Shown here piece by piece: positions 51,701 through 64,000 of a stretch of DNA of 64,000 nucleotides. The stretch comes from Antedon mediterranea (taxonomy: Eukaryota > Animalia > Echinodermata): assembly GCF_964355755.1 (NCBI RefSeq), contig NC_092671.1:34420304-34484303 (forward strand). Direction: 5' to 3'. A program made the translations under genes and the position numbers. The number at the start of each line of letters is the position of its first letter. The first letter of the stretch is position 1. A model generated the notes under the pieces. That model was given only the letters and a program-made list of their open reading frames with translations, did no database searches and had not been told where the DNA came from.

Positions 51701-54700
51701 ACTAAAGGTAATAACATATAGAATACTATACAATCTGAATCCATATTGTAGACTAAACCATACCCACTATTATGCAAGAAATTGGGGTTTAGGCAAAATT
51801 GAAATTTATCACAATGCTATATTATCTTCTCTTCTTCATCTTCTTATTTGGAGCCAACTTCAGATGTGAAGACTCTGCTCCTCCAGCGCTGTTTTGCTAG
51901 CTCTACAGTATTTAGTTGTGTGGTATTATTCTATTAATGTATTCTTTTACAGAAAGAAACTGACTCTTATTTATTTATAATTATTATTATTATTATTTTT
52001 TCCCTTGCTTCTCCTTTCACTTTTCATTTTTTTTTCTTCTTCTTTTCTTCCTATTCCCTTTTCTGTTTTTTTTTTACTTATATAAATATATATACAGTGC
52101 CTCAGCACCTTGTATTCAGTGATAGTTCTGAGCATTAGAGTTTGCCCACTAGCATATTTTGTAAAAACACTTGCAATAGAAAAGAACGCTTAATGGGTCA
52201 CATACCAACGTAACAATAGCACACTCTGCCGTAAGTTGAGCAGCATTGAAAAGTAGACGTATAAACTTGTATATATGTTTGTGTTCTGGATTACGCGTTG
52301 CATAATCTTCAGGCAACGAATCCCTCTGCAAAGAAAAAAAAATTTCAAAATATATTATTACTTTCAATCCAAACATTGATTGTAGCAAGAGTTAAAAATT
52401 AATATGCAAATTAGAATTTTTTTTACCCCCAACCATAGACCAACTATTAGCCACCATACACCACAAAAATAATTACAAAATTATCTCATGTAGTATTTTT
52501 TACAATTTATGACAAAAACAGCTGTTTTTCTTAAATAAATGTTATGCACAGAGGTGGGACTAGCACTGCGCTGTGAAAGGGTTTGTACAGTACAATCATA
52601 AAAACCAAATTTAATGTTTTCGCAATGGTTTGCGGAATAACTTACAGCAAGCGGGTGTAGTTTTTCATCAAAAATCTTCAACCCTCTGTTACCTTCTCTG
52701 TTTCGTATCAGATAATATATCGCTAGAGCAACACTGAAAAAAGGAGAATATAATACTGTAAATTGGATGCAGTACCAGTAAATTAAAAATGCTGGGTTAT
52801 TACTAAATCTTCCTAGAAATGAATTGATGATTATGATGATGAATTTTATCAGACTTGTGTGTGTGTGTAATGTTATCATTTTTTACAAAATGAGGAAGGA
52901 TGTTACTGTAAAATACTTGATTTCTTGTTTCTTCAATGATTTATTGATTTTTGCAAGTTATGAATTATTTTAATATGAAATTCTACATTTTAACTACATT
53001 AACGGACAATTGTTGGACCTTGAACTACAAAATACAGAATTACAGTACTGTAGGCTAAATAAAACAAGAAAACTTAAAAAAACACATGATTTTGATACAA
53101 AGATTAATACTTGGCTAAGCACCTACTGTATGTAGTACTGTACATTGACATTATGAAATTACAGTTTTCCTATAAAAACAGTTCATAATTGAATAAATTA
53201 GGGGGTGTAGGATTATAAAACAAGCATGGGATTAATCAAACATGGGATTATCTTATAATCGAGCATGGGATTATAAATGGACATCATTTATAGTACGCTT
53301 GTATTTTGACACACTAATAGTCAATAATCTGTATTTACAGTACTTTACATTATCTTTGTAGAACGGATTACGTTTGGCTCAAAGCGGTTACGATAGCTCA
53401 TTAAATACAACTCAATTCTTATGGGAATGCATCTGAACTTTCTAACCTCGCATTAAAATATATAGAGATTACATTTGTTCAAAAATTTTGAACTATAATT
53501 TAAAAGGGTAGCTTCTGTGTTCAGTATATTTGTTTTAAAGTACGCTTGTCTGAAATTATGAAAAATTAAGTAAATACAAATTGTAGAATATTACAGTAAT
53601 TCTGTATATAAATATAAATTATTAGACATACATACAGTACATGTACACACTTACAAGAGTCAAAAACAAGCTCCGCCATTGTTAATGTCAGTGGAGTCGC
53701 ATATCGGTATGTTTTTTAAATAATTTTAAACACCGACCTACAGTATCCTTTAGAACTATCTTTTAAAAAAATAATTAAAAATGTACTATACAGTATTGTA
53801 CTGTATGTTGCACCAGTAACATTTCTTAAGCATTATTAGGCCTACTGTACAATCTGACACGTTTAATTTTCTGTAGTTTTTGATAAGTGTTTGAGTAACG
53901 CTAATTAGGAAACATAAAAGCAAGCCTATATATCCAAGGATAACAACAATGGCGCGGCTATACTTTAAAACAGCTTACAAATTACAACATTACATACTTT
54001 AATTTACAAATGCAATTTCTCTGTTATTGATGCAAGCATTTAAACCTTTTGTACAATCAACTTTCCATAATATGAAAGGTCTGCATAACCTTTAGATCTT
54101 AAAACGGCCGCATTATGTGGTTCATTAAATAACCACTTGTAAGATGAATGGCAACATTAACATAAATGTTAAAATAACAAATATATGCAATACTGTTCTG
54201 TAAAAAGAAATATAGTATCTATATTTTAACTTATTGAAGCCCTAATTATGCATTAATTACCTCAAAATGGATAATCATGCCAAGATCTTTATTATTTACA
54301 TTAACTTATGAAAATTAAACTATTTAAATTTTATTCTATTAATTAATAACCCACAGATTCCAATTAAAATTGGTACAGATATTAGCTTTTCGCAAAAATT
54401 GAACTTTTATATTATCAAAATGTGTTAATACTAAATTCTGTATGAGTACTTTACGCTTTACAATATAAATGATTAGCCGGTCTACAGGATTTTTATGGTG
54501 TCTAGGAGGGAGGGGGTGGAGGGAGAAAAATAGTGTCTCACGAGCAAGGCCTATTTATTAATCACTCCTGCTGCAGCTGTACTGGTCTCCATTTTGAACA
54601 GGCCACTTCAGGATTCAAAGTCTGGCTATGGCTTGCATATAACCATCGTGAAAAAAAATTGGGTATGATCCTAATGTAGTCAACCACTATAGTATCAGGA

Positions 54701-57700
54701 TGCTTTGGATGTCCTTTGCACTAACGTAATTCCCCATGTACTGTATGTACCTTTGACCCTTCATTTTTTAAATGCCCAGTTCTGTCTGAAAGGGACAATC
54801 ATTGAACCGTAACAAATGAAGTTTTGTAACATTTAAGGTCCAGTGCGTAGTATTAAAATGTTTAGTCTTTACAGGAAACTAAGGAACGGCTTAACATCCC
54901 ATCTGAAAGATGATGTAATGATGAGAATAAGGGTACATTATGCTTTAGACTTGGGGCAGCTCAGGGCACAAAGATACTGGTTAGCATTATGCGTGTGGTA
55001 GGATCGCAAATGTAGATTAACACCATGCATACATATAACGCAAGCAGAAATTGGAAAAAATGCTACTTTTATTTACTGTAATCTATGATTTTAACGCAGG
55101 CAACAGACAAACCCACAATCTCAGTGGAACTTTTACATTACAAAAGTCAATTGTCTGAATACCTTGACTATAAAAGTCACAGAATATTCAAATGTTAATA
55201 CCAATTATAAGGATGAAAACCCCTAAAATTTACATGAAGCATCGACTTTAACTCGTATCACAAAACGTGTTTAGGCAGGTTTTTTTTTCTCGAATGCCCG
55301 ACGTCCCAACCCTTTCCTCACATACAGTACCGTATACAGTAAAAAAAGTTAAGCACACTTGTTCAATACACTACATCCAATGAGAAAATTTTTATTATAA
55401 TTTATAAATACATGAGAGAGCACAGGCAAGTCTGGTTATGCAATCTAGCCCATAGAACAATAAGGAAATTATAACAAAGGCAGATTAAAACAACAATGTA
55501 ATGAAAGAAATCATGTAGGAAAGTAAAAGTCTGAGCTGATGATAAATGTCTTAAGCTTTGATTTCAGGAGTTCAATGTATTGTAATAGAGCACTTACCAT
55601 TTGATGGTTGCCTTTAAGTTAGGTTGACTAACAGTGCTATCGTCTAGGTAGATTGTTGAACATGAGCTACGACGTTTTAATCCACTGCTGTGATGCCTAT
55701 TGTTTGTGTCATGCCCTACGGTAAAATAAATGGACAATCAACTCGCCCAAAAACCGAAACACCCTTGGGCTAGGCCAAATGTCTGGTTTCAAGAAAATGT
55801 CTGGTTGTGAGAATGCATTTTGATTTCTAAATTTAATTTAAACCAATTGCAATAAAAACTCTGGTACAAAACACTGGTAATTGTAATGGTTTTTAATCAG
55901 AACAGAGAGCCACTTAAAAACATAGTTCTGGTGATAGAAATTTAAATTTTTTTAAAAACATGATGTTCACAGTATTTTAAATTTATCAGGCCTGAAATTA
56001 AGTGCTGATTTAAATCTGATGATCTTAATTGCATTAAAAATGTGGACATTTTTTTAATCTGACATAATAATCTACACAGTCCAAGAACAAAACTAAATTC
56101 TTATTTTTCTTCACTAATTTTTTTCACATTGTACAGTACCACCACAAAAAAAGCATATTTATGTTTTAGTCAATATAAACCATAATCTCCACATCTCTTG
56201 TTATACCAGATTATGAAATGATTGGATCACCATCAAGGGCAGTGAGATAATTATAATAAGACAACAGGATGATATTGATAATATAATTAGAAATTGTGAA
56301 AAATTAATGATAATTTGAAGGCGAGATAATTTGAAATATTTTCTGGATATTATCCATAATAATGTAATTAAGAAATTCATTTGACTTGGTAAAACAGCAA
56401 TATTAACTCATAAATAGTGATTAAACTTGGGGAATGCATAAATTGTTGATAAAAATATAATTAAAAGAGCAGAATAAAAAACATTCCATGTACTAAAATT
56501 AACATTAATAACAAACTTTTTGTTGATTTGGTCTTGAATTTATAATAAGTAAAGCACATTTCAAAAAGGTCTTGACAACTGTGAAGATGTATTATGAAAA
56601 CTCAGTGTATTAATTTAATGTCTCGTCTAAATTATTATTTTTTAATCATATCAATATTTAAATGATATACTTTTTTCCAATTTACCAATTGTATTTGAGA
56701 ACAAAATATTGATTTGATTTTTTATTTATTATTTCGACCAAAGATGGATAGTCAAAACAATTTCAGATTTTGCTCTTACCCTAAAACACTGTCAGACAAC
56801 TTACCTTTTTTAGGATAAAAAGTCAAAAACATAGTTCTTGCTCCTGGTTGTAGAGAAGGATCTGTATCTGAAAAATAGATTTTTTTTTTTTTATTTCAGA
56901 ACATACTATACCATGATAGGATGTCTGTATGTGTATATCATCACTGATATACTGTAGGCAGAACGGTCCAAGATTTATTTATTTATTAACTATATTTAAC
57001 CAGGGTGGCCCAATCAGTCAAAAAGACTGGTCTCCCTTAGGGCCGTGGGTACAATAGTACATTTTAAACTAAAATATAAAAATAACAGTAACACAATAAA
57101 ACTTAAACTACAGTAATGCCTTAAAGTTATTTTTGAAAACATTTAAATTACTTGAAAATTTAGTTTCTTCAATTAATGTGTTAAAAAGATCAGCACCTTT
57201 CCATGACTCTTTGCTTACTGCACCGTAGGCTCAACTACAGTATTTAGTATATTAATATTAGCATCTTAATTTTTGTTAATGATTATTTTTTAATGCCGTC
57301 ACCTGAATTTTTACAAACCTTAAAATGAAGGTATACTTGATTAAATATAAACCTACTAACATTTGACTTCATACTACAAAATTATTATTAAATTCTGAAT
57401 TTCACTATTAATTGACACTGTGTCATTACCAAATGATTTATTGAGCAATATACACTTTACAGGTAAAGCCTTTTAGTTAATCAAGAATATCTAAATCAGA
57501 TGTAAACTAATAACAGAATGTACAGTGTATAATGGATTCAATACTACCTGGCCAATTTTGGCATATTTTACCTCCGCCAAGGAGATATATATAGTCGATT
57601 GCGTTTGTCTGTTTGTTTGTTAGCAAGATTAAGTAATTACAAGATCTTTACCAAAATGAAAATACAGATAAATATGTGGTCAAGAACCATTCCATTAAAT

Positions 57701-60700
57701 TGTGGGACCACGGTCCCAATTCTGGACCACTTTTTAGTATAATTTTCAGGCCTGCTAGTGTTAAAAGATAGGACAGAATTTTTTTAAAGCCGGCAAGCAG
57801 TCTTAAAGTAACAAGTAAACTGAAATTGCATTTTCTCGAGAACTACTTGTCCAAAAAACTTCATTTTTGTACAAGAGGCAAAAGTTACAATGTGTGATTT
57901 GCAATTTTAAAACATACAGTAATTTGATTTAATTTACAGGTTTTTTAATATGAGTAGTTTTAAAAAACCTATTTCTTTTTATTTGTTTTTGGTGTTGCTG
58001 TTCTATTGTTAGTCAACTGATACTAAATTGTTAGTTGAAAGGCTGGTTTCATAACCATTTAAACCAAATTCGCATACACATGCTTATGTAGGAGAATTTC
58101 ACAGTAGGCGGAGGTATGCATTCTAGGAGTGGCTTTCTTGTTTATTTCTGTAATCAAAACATGTCATACAGTGAGGATCCACGATGTTTAAATAGGGGGT
58201 TGGAAAAGAAAGTGGCAGAGAAGGGTCACTAAAATAAACCAGGGCTGGCAGAGTACCTGGCATGTCGTAAATTGGTCACATCTTTGAAGAAAAAGAAAAC
58301 AGTGGCAGATCCAGGATTTTAATTGATTGATTGATTGAATTTATTTGGTTCATACATAAAATACATTATAAAATAGACGATAAACAGAAGAGAGAGGGTC
58401 AGATTTACTGATAGTATGATTCTATTCTACCGTACAGTAGTACAGTAGTACTGAGAATCTTTGCATTGCACTATTTATAGCACCCTCTATTAAGATTCTA
58501 ATTGATGTCATGTCATTTCCCGTAACTTTAGCAACCAGTAAGCTTGGATAAGGTCAGTGGCTATGAGCGCTCACTGGCTAAACCCAGGGGCCATGGAGCT
58601 TATGGGGAACCCCTGAGCAGTGCTAAGAGAAAAAAACAGGCATTAAAATACCGTTTGTCGAAATGGGCTAAAAATACATGAGGCCTCCAGCATTGGAGGG
58701 CCACTTACGGTTCCTAAACCTGGGGCCTCATTTATCTGCATTACGCCACTGGATAAGGTACCATAATAATATAACTTAGACACAACGTAAAAAATGGCAT
58801 TATTGTTTATGAATTTTTTATAAATTAATGAATCATCATTTATGTTGATTGTATACAGTGACAACCGAGATTGAAAGATCAGCGTTTCAAAACCTACTAA
58901 AAGGCCTACTACTAGTCTGACCATTGAGGTATACCTACCTCCATAGTATAACCTTCAAGTTCAAGGAATTGTATTATTATAGCATGGGGTATTAGAGGGT
59001 ATTTTCACAGGATTTGAAAAGGTACTTTTAACGTTTTAGTTTTACTTTCACATTGCAATGAATACAGTTAAGTGACCCACCAGTGTGTAGTGATCAGTGA
59101 TACTGTACTTTCGCACCTATAACATAGTGGAACTGGGCATAATAAGACTTCACACAATCACCCACCATTATCGCAATAGGTATATGTTTTTTAATTGTGC
59201 TACGCTCAACAGATTGAGTTCCAAAATTACAAAGATATATACTGTGTACAATTGTTATGTGTGGAAGTACAGTATAGTACCCAGTAATCTACTGTAATTG
59301 TAGCTGTGAATGCTTTGTCAATTGTATGACGTACTATACTACTACTACATACTATGTATACCGCCTTCTGGAGAGGTACAGTGCGTCAATTACAAATTAT
59401 TAAAGATACGGAGGAGCGGCATCAAAAAACCAAAAATTGGTACATCATATCTATGAATATAGTGCATCAGGGGTTACTTACCAAAATGGTACATCATATC
59501 TATGAATATAGTGCATCAGGGGTTACTTACCAAAATGGGCAGTCATGGTGCATCATTGTTCTTTAAAAGGTCGATCACTGATTTAAATGAAAATGTGTAC
59601 TGTAGTGTAAGTGTCACTTTTTTTTTGCATAATTGTATGTGATTAACATCAGACAAATGATGCACCTCTTCCGGGGATAGTATAATGCATTATACAATTG
59701 ACAATATTGCATTCATATTATACCGTCTAAAAGGTTATGTCACGTTGTTAAATATGAAAGAGTAATTTTTATTTGAAAATTTGCAAGACTGTATTATAAA
59801 TATTGTCCATCCCATGATGATGATTATTTAAATTTTCGCCGTGGCTAAAGATACGGTACCGTATCCTAACTTCCGTTTGCTAAAGGTACGGTAAGATTGC
59901 ATTACGTCATGATCAGCAAATGGAGTGCTGGTACGTGTGTGACGTCATCATATAAGGACTTTGGATTTTTTTTCATATCGCGAAAACAGTGATCAACCGC
60001 TTAACATTTTCTTTATGCTTCATTTAATTATTGCTATTATCGCCGTCGTGTGTGACAAAAACTAAATGTATAGCCTACGTCTGTTATTATTGAAAAGCCA
60101 AACATGTTGATTTTAATTCTGGAATACAGAAAACCGTTTCAAAAGAGGCCTAGGCCTACTACTGTACGTACTATCCTCATTATATGAGTTTGTTTGTGTA
60201 GAAAGCGGTTCCAGGCTTGGCCAGATGCATGTGTGCGCTGATTTCTGTGACTCAGCCCTAGGGCTACTGTCTAAATCATAGTATTTGAGGGCCCCTTTAT
60301 TGTCCGCATTTGCTTGTTGTTTATGGTCACCATCACTATAAAAAAATATAGGCCTAAATAGGCCATCTGGAATAAACATAAAACCCTATAGTAACTATGG
60401 ACGAATAACTAGACTAAGACGCAACACAATTTCCAACATTTAATTACAATGCCTTTACTTCTAATTTGGCTATCAACATATCGGATTATAATACTACTAC
60501 TGTATGTTGTATAATGGAATAATATTTGAGATTGAGTGCATGTTTTAAACGCCCACCAACCACATGAACTTGCTCTATTACTACAACATCGACGTTGTCG
60601 CCCGTTATTAAACTTCTGGATTCAACATTGCTAGGTCTAGCTACGGGGCTGAGTCACAGAATCAAAACGCACACATCCATGCAGCCTGGCGCCGCCGATA

Positions 60701-61229
60701 GGCATTCATAGTGCAGACACGATATGAACAAAAATCCTTATATGATGACGTCACACACCTACCAGCATCCCAGCTGATTATGACGTATTACAATTTTACC
60801 GTACCTTTAGTAAACGGAAGTTAGGATACGGTATCGTATCTTTAGCCACGGCGTTAAATTTTATTTTTATTTCAAGACTTCAAGAGGCAATCACAACAGG
60901 ATACATATAAATGGCAAGTTAAGTAAAATATTATTAATATAAGTATAATGAATACAGTAGGCCTAAGGCCTAGTGTAGTAGCCTTATATTTTAATTAGTT
61001 TATGATGTAATAATAACAAAAAACACAAACCTTCATCATCTGCAGGTTCTCTGTCACTGATGTGTGGCAATTGATTCACACTATCTGCTTCACCAGACGA
61101 AACATTTAAACCTCCATCTTGCTGTTGATAGCTTATTTCTCTAGGCCCAGTGTCTTTACTGTTAAGTGGCGTCCTATGCCGCGAGAAAACTGCACAGCAG
61201 CAGCGGGACGATGAATTTTTGTTACCCAT
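48792..61229 (-). CDS. CCNY: Cyclin Y (~342 aa)
   Basis: Exons 61229-61031, 56867-56805, 55715-55598, 52733-52646, 52325-52206, 50502-50336, 49167-49005, 48902-48792. Motifs: MGN...CCC lipidation motif, [88 protein letters not shown]. Confidence 0.96.
56975..57205 (-). mobile_element. L2/CR1-type LINE 3' fragment
   Basis: Minus-strand [26 protein letters not shown], then a stem-loop region and an (AATA)n tail. Confidence 0.55.
57568..58142 (+). mobile_element. Non-autonomous Helentron (HINE-like), second family
   Basis: 5' ACCTCCGCCAAGGAG, then a (GTTT/GTCT)n microsatellite, 3' subTIR GGCGGAGGT (58107-15), a degenerate stem-loop and a T-rich end. Confidence 0.75.
58555..58751. mobile_element. 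hAT-type MITE
   Basis: CAGTGGC...GCCACTG ends with a perfect 8-bp duplication GATAAGGT (58547-54, 58752-59). Confidence 0.8.
59430..59540. repeat. 50-bp tandem duplication
   Basis: CCAAAA(T/A)TGGTACATCATATCTATGAATATAGTGCATCAGGGGTTACTTA occurs twice. Confidence 0.85.
59837..60853. mobile_element. Mutator/foldback-type non-autonomous element in CCNY intron 1
   Basis: ~125-bp imperfect TIRs starting CGCCGTGGCTAAAGATACG, an inner inverted pair (~60210-60270 and ~60635-60690), and a perfect 9-bp duplication TTAAATTTT (59828-36, 60854-62). Confidence 0.85.
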
Positions 61230-64000
61230 CCTTCTGCAAAAGGCCTAGCCGAGTGCGAAGGCCTAACGACCTGCAGTGTAGCTGACAGACTCTGAGCAGC
61301 TAGCCTACCTCTAGCTGGCTACGCCTTACGTTTGCAAAGACACGACTACCTGGTGAAATCCCTCTTTCTCCTGCAAACTGAGACAATCATTAGTTTTCTT
61401 AAATACAATCCATAAGCCTTATTAATGTATGTTAACAAGTTATGGAAGGTTTACATCTTTTCGCATGTTTTCCATCATCAATCTTTTTTTAGAGGGTAGG
61501 GAATTTAGCACTTCCGGATTATTACAAGATAGGACGAAAATAGCCGACGAGGTCCAGCCGCGCACAATATATATAATGTGTTATGTTACATGTTTTAGTA
61601 CTTGATACGCTTTGATGGCCACAGAATAAAAAATAATGCCAAATAAATTTATATAATTAACAACAACTTTGATCAATGTATGCAAGGTTGAATGCATTAA
61701 ATTAAAATTATCCAAAAAATATTGTTTTCAGTGGGCTAGCGACTGAAGCATAGGCTAAAACATATATCTTACATGTTGGTGGCGCAGAGTATGTTGTTCA
61801 ATCATGGAGGTTTTATACCTCCATGGTTCAATCTACCCAGGGATTTTTATCGCCCTCCTATTATAACTATCCTAATGTCTTACTCTTTCAAATACATTAG
61901 TTACGTCGTTTTACAATCAGTTTTACAATAGTGCTTCAATGACATATTTCTAAAAAAAGTTACGTAAAAGTAATTAATATTACAAACTAGACCTAATTAC
62001 ATTTCATTTTTAAATTTACTACATTAAACTACAGGAAAAATGGTTGCGCCCTCTTTTTATTATTAGCTCCAACCAAAGATCTTATATCTTTGCTCCAACA
62101 GGAGGAGTGATTGTAACCACTAGATGGAGTGAATTAGTTAATATTAGCGATACAATTATTACAAGCCTATTAAATTTGGAAACACTAATTTAAAATAAAA
62201 CGTCACTTCATGAAAATTATTTTAAAAAATAATTAAAAATGCCTAAACCAATTTTTTAAATGGTAGACCCGCCTACATCAATCATTGAAATGTGAACAAT
62301 TAAAATTAATAAAACCAGACTTTGAATAGGTATTTTGAAGTTTTAATAATGAAGTTCAAAATAGGAATATCCCCAAAAAGTTAGACTATTATGTGAGATT
62401 AAAATGGCATATATTCAACAAAAGCATTTGTTTTTATTATTTTGTCAGGGGAAAAATACATCTTTAAATTATACGTAGGCATATTTAATTATAATTTTTA
62501 ACTGTTTTGCATTTATTTCACGTAGACCTATATTACAAAAAAAAAAGACACATCGACTATATACATAATTATTTGAGTATTGATTGACCTCCCAAAAGTG
62601 TCAAAGCAGGTATAGTTTCGAATGCTTGAGGGGGAACTAGGCCTATTTCATTTGTTATGTTTTTTATTATTTAGTTTTCGGTACCGGAACGCCTTATGTG
62701 GCGGTTTCGGTCTCAAAATATGTTCTCATATCTCTCACTTCTGTTTTGCATAATTTGGGTATTTAATTTATAAAACAAACACTTCTGTAGGCCTAATCTA
62801 ATTTAGTTTGAATAGTGAAACATTTTTCATTTCTTTTCATGTTATATGTTTGTTCTTTTTTTATCCTTTGTGGTTCAACACCACCTGTATTTCATTCAAT
62901 GCTTCATTACAAATTTCTAAACATTTTCTATCTTTTTTCATTATTTTCTGTTTTTCTTTAGTATCATACCATTAATACAAAGTACTTCTTAATATTCTTT
63001 TGTTTGTTAAATCCTCTATTATTTACAATAACCAATTGTACATTTGACTAAATGGTACTTAACTCCATACATCAAATGCATTGTATGGTGTATGTACTAC
63101 GATTAACCTCACACCCACACAGTCTACACACATGTAAACATACACATTCATTTATATAATATAATTTGTCCAAATTTAACAAATATGAATTGTATTTATT
63201 ATTCATAATATTATAAACACTTTTAAGTGAAATGTAATTTATTACAAAATATTGAATTCTTGTCTCCATTTTAGTTCATAGACTACAACTGTTTGTCCTT
63301 TCTAAATTCAATTCAAATTGATACCACCATATCTTACTTTGTTTCATTTTAAAATGTTCGACGATTAAAAGAGAATATTAATGGCACTGCGGCATCAAGT
63401 GGGTCATTCGGTCTCTTTTTCAAATTAATTAATTTTTCCTTTTTCAATTAATTATGGTCAATTAATTCAATTAATTCAATTAATATGGAACTTAATTCGT
63501 CCGTGAACCGATCATTTAGCGTAATGAGCTGATGCGCCGAACATTTTGAAGTAGGCCCAGACTAACTGTACAACCTTCAAGATTGTGCTGTTTATATATC
63601 GAAAGCCTTAGGCCTATATTAATATAAAATAAATAATTTGAAATGTTCTTATATTGCCAACTCAAATTATTAACAACAGGGAGGTAATATTAATTATGCG
63701 ACAACCCTGGTTTATTTGTTGGTGTATTGTATGTGTGTGTAGGTATACGTGTGGGTGTTTAGTTTGAGTAAAATTTGAAAAACGTGTAGACTTTACGATT
63801 ATTGAAGAATATGTATTGTCCCCTGAACATTTTTTTTATATATTTTGAATATGTCATTTTAATGTCACAATAGTTATTCACTTTGACCTAAAATTAAATC
63901 GGGAAAAATTATTTACCTGAAAAAACTGTAATTTAAAGCAAAAAAATTAAATTGGCTGCTAGCGAATGGGTTTTTGGTTGAATTCAATTGTCTATTTTGT

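Noticed and set aside
60113-60379. 88-aa ORF inside the foldback element
   Set aside because: No transposase or other motif; consistent with a chance ORF.

Overview
AT-rich, intron-rich eukaryotic DNA, probably from an invertebrate deuterostome (the taxon is an inference only). Gene models were assembled by hand from GT/GC-AG splice sites with frame continuity. The window holds: (1) the 3' end of one ROCO gene (1-2523), followed in tandem by a complete paralog (CDS 6890-18325, 24 coding exons, ~1098 aa) with a DED-DED-Roc-COR-Death architecture, five symmetric phase-2 micro-exons and an overlapping STAT/NF-kB-like site upstream; (2) a 3-exon, 65-aa putative secreted peptide precursor of which the ORF track shows only the first exon (20436-21690); (3) a front-end fatty acyl desaturase (22745-28942); (4) a decayed minus-strand ankyrin-repeat gene, part of which has become a ~181-186 bp satellite with higher-order structure; (5) nested non-autonomous transposons, including HINE/Helentron-type, PIF-type and a TA-flanked element with a HIRAN-like cargo; (6) an 18-bp palindromic minisatellite; (7) cyclin Y on the minus strand (61229-48792). 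Several short palindromic inserts with 7-bp flanking duplications look like transposon footprints. No database searches were run, so novelty claims are provisional.
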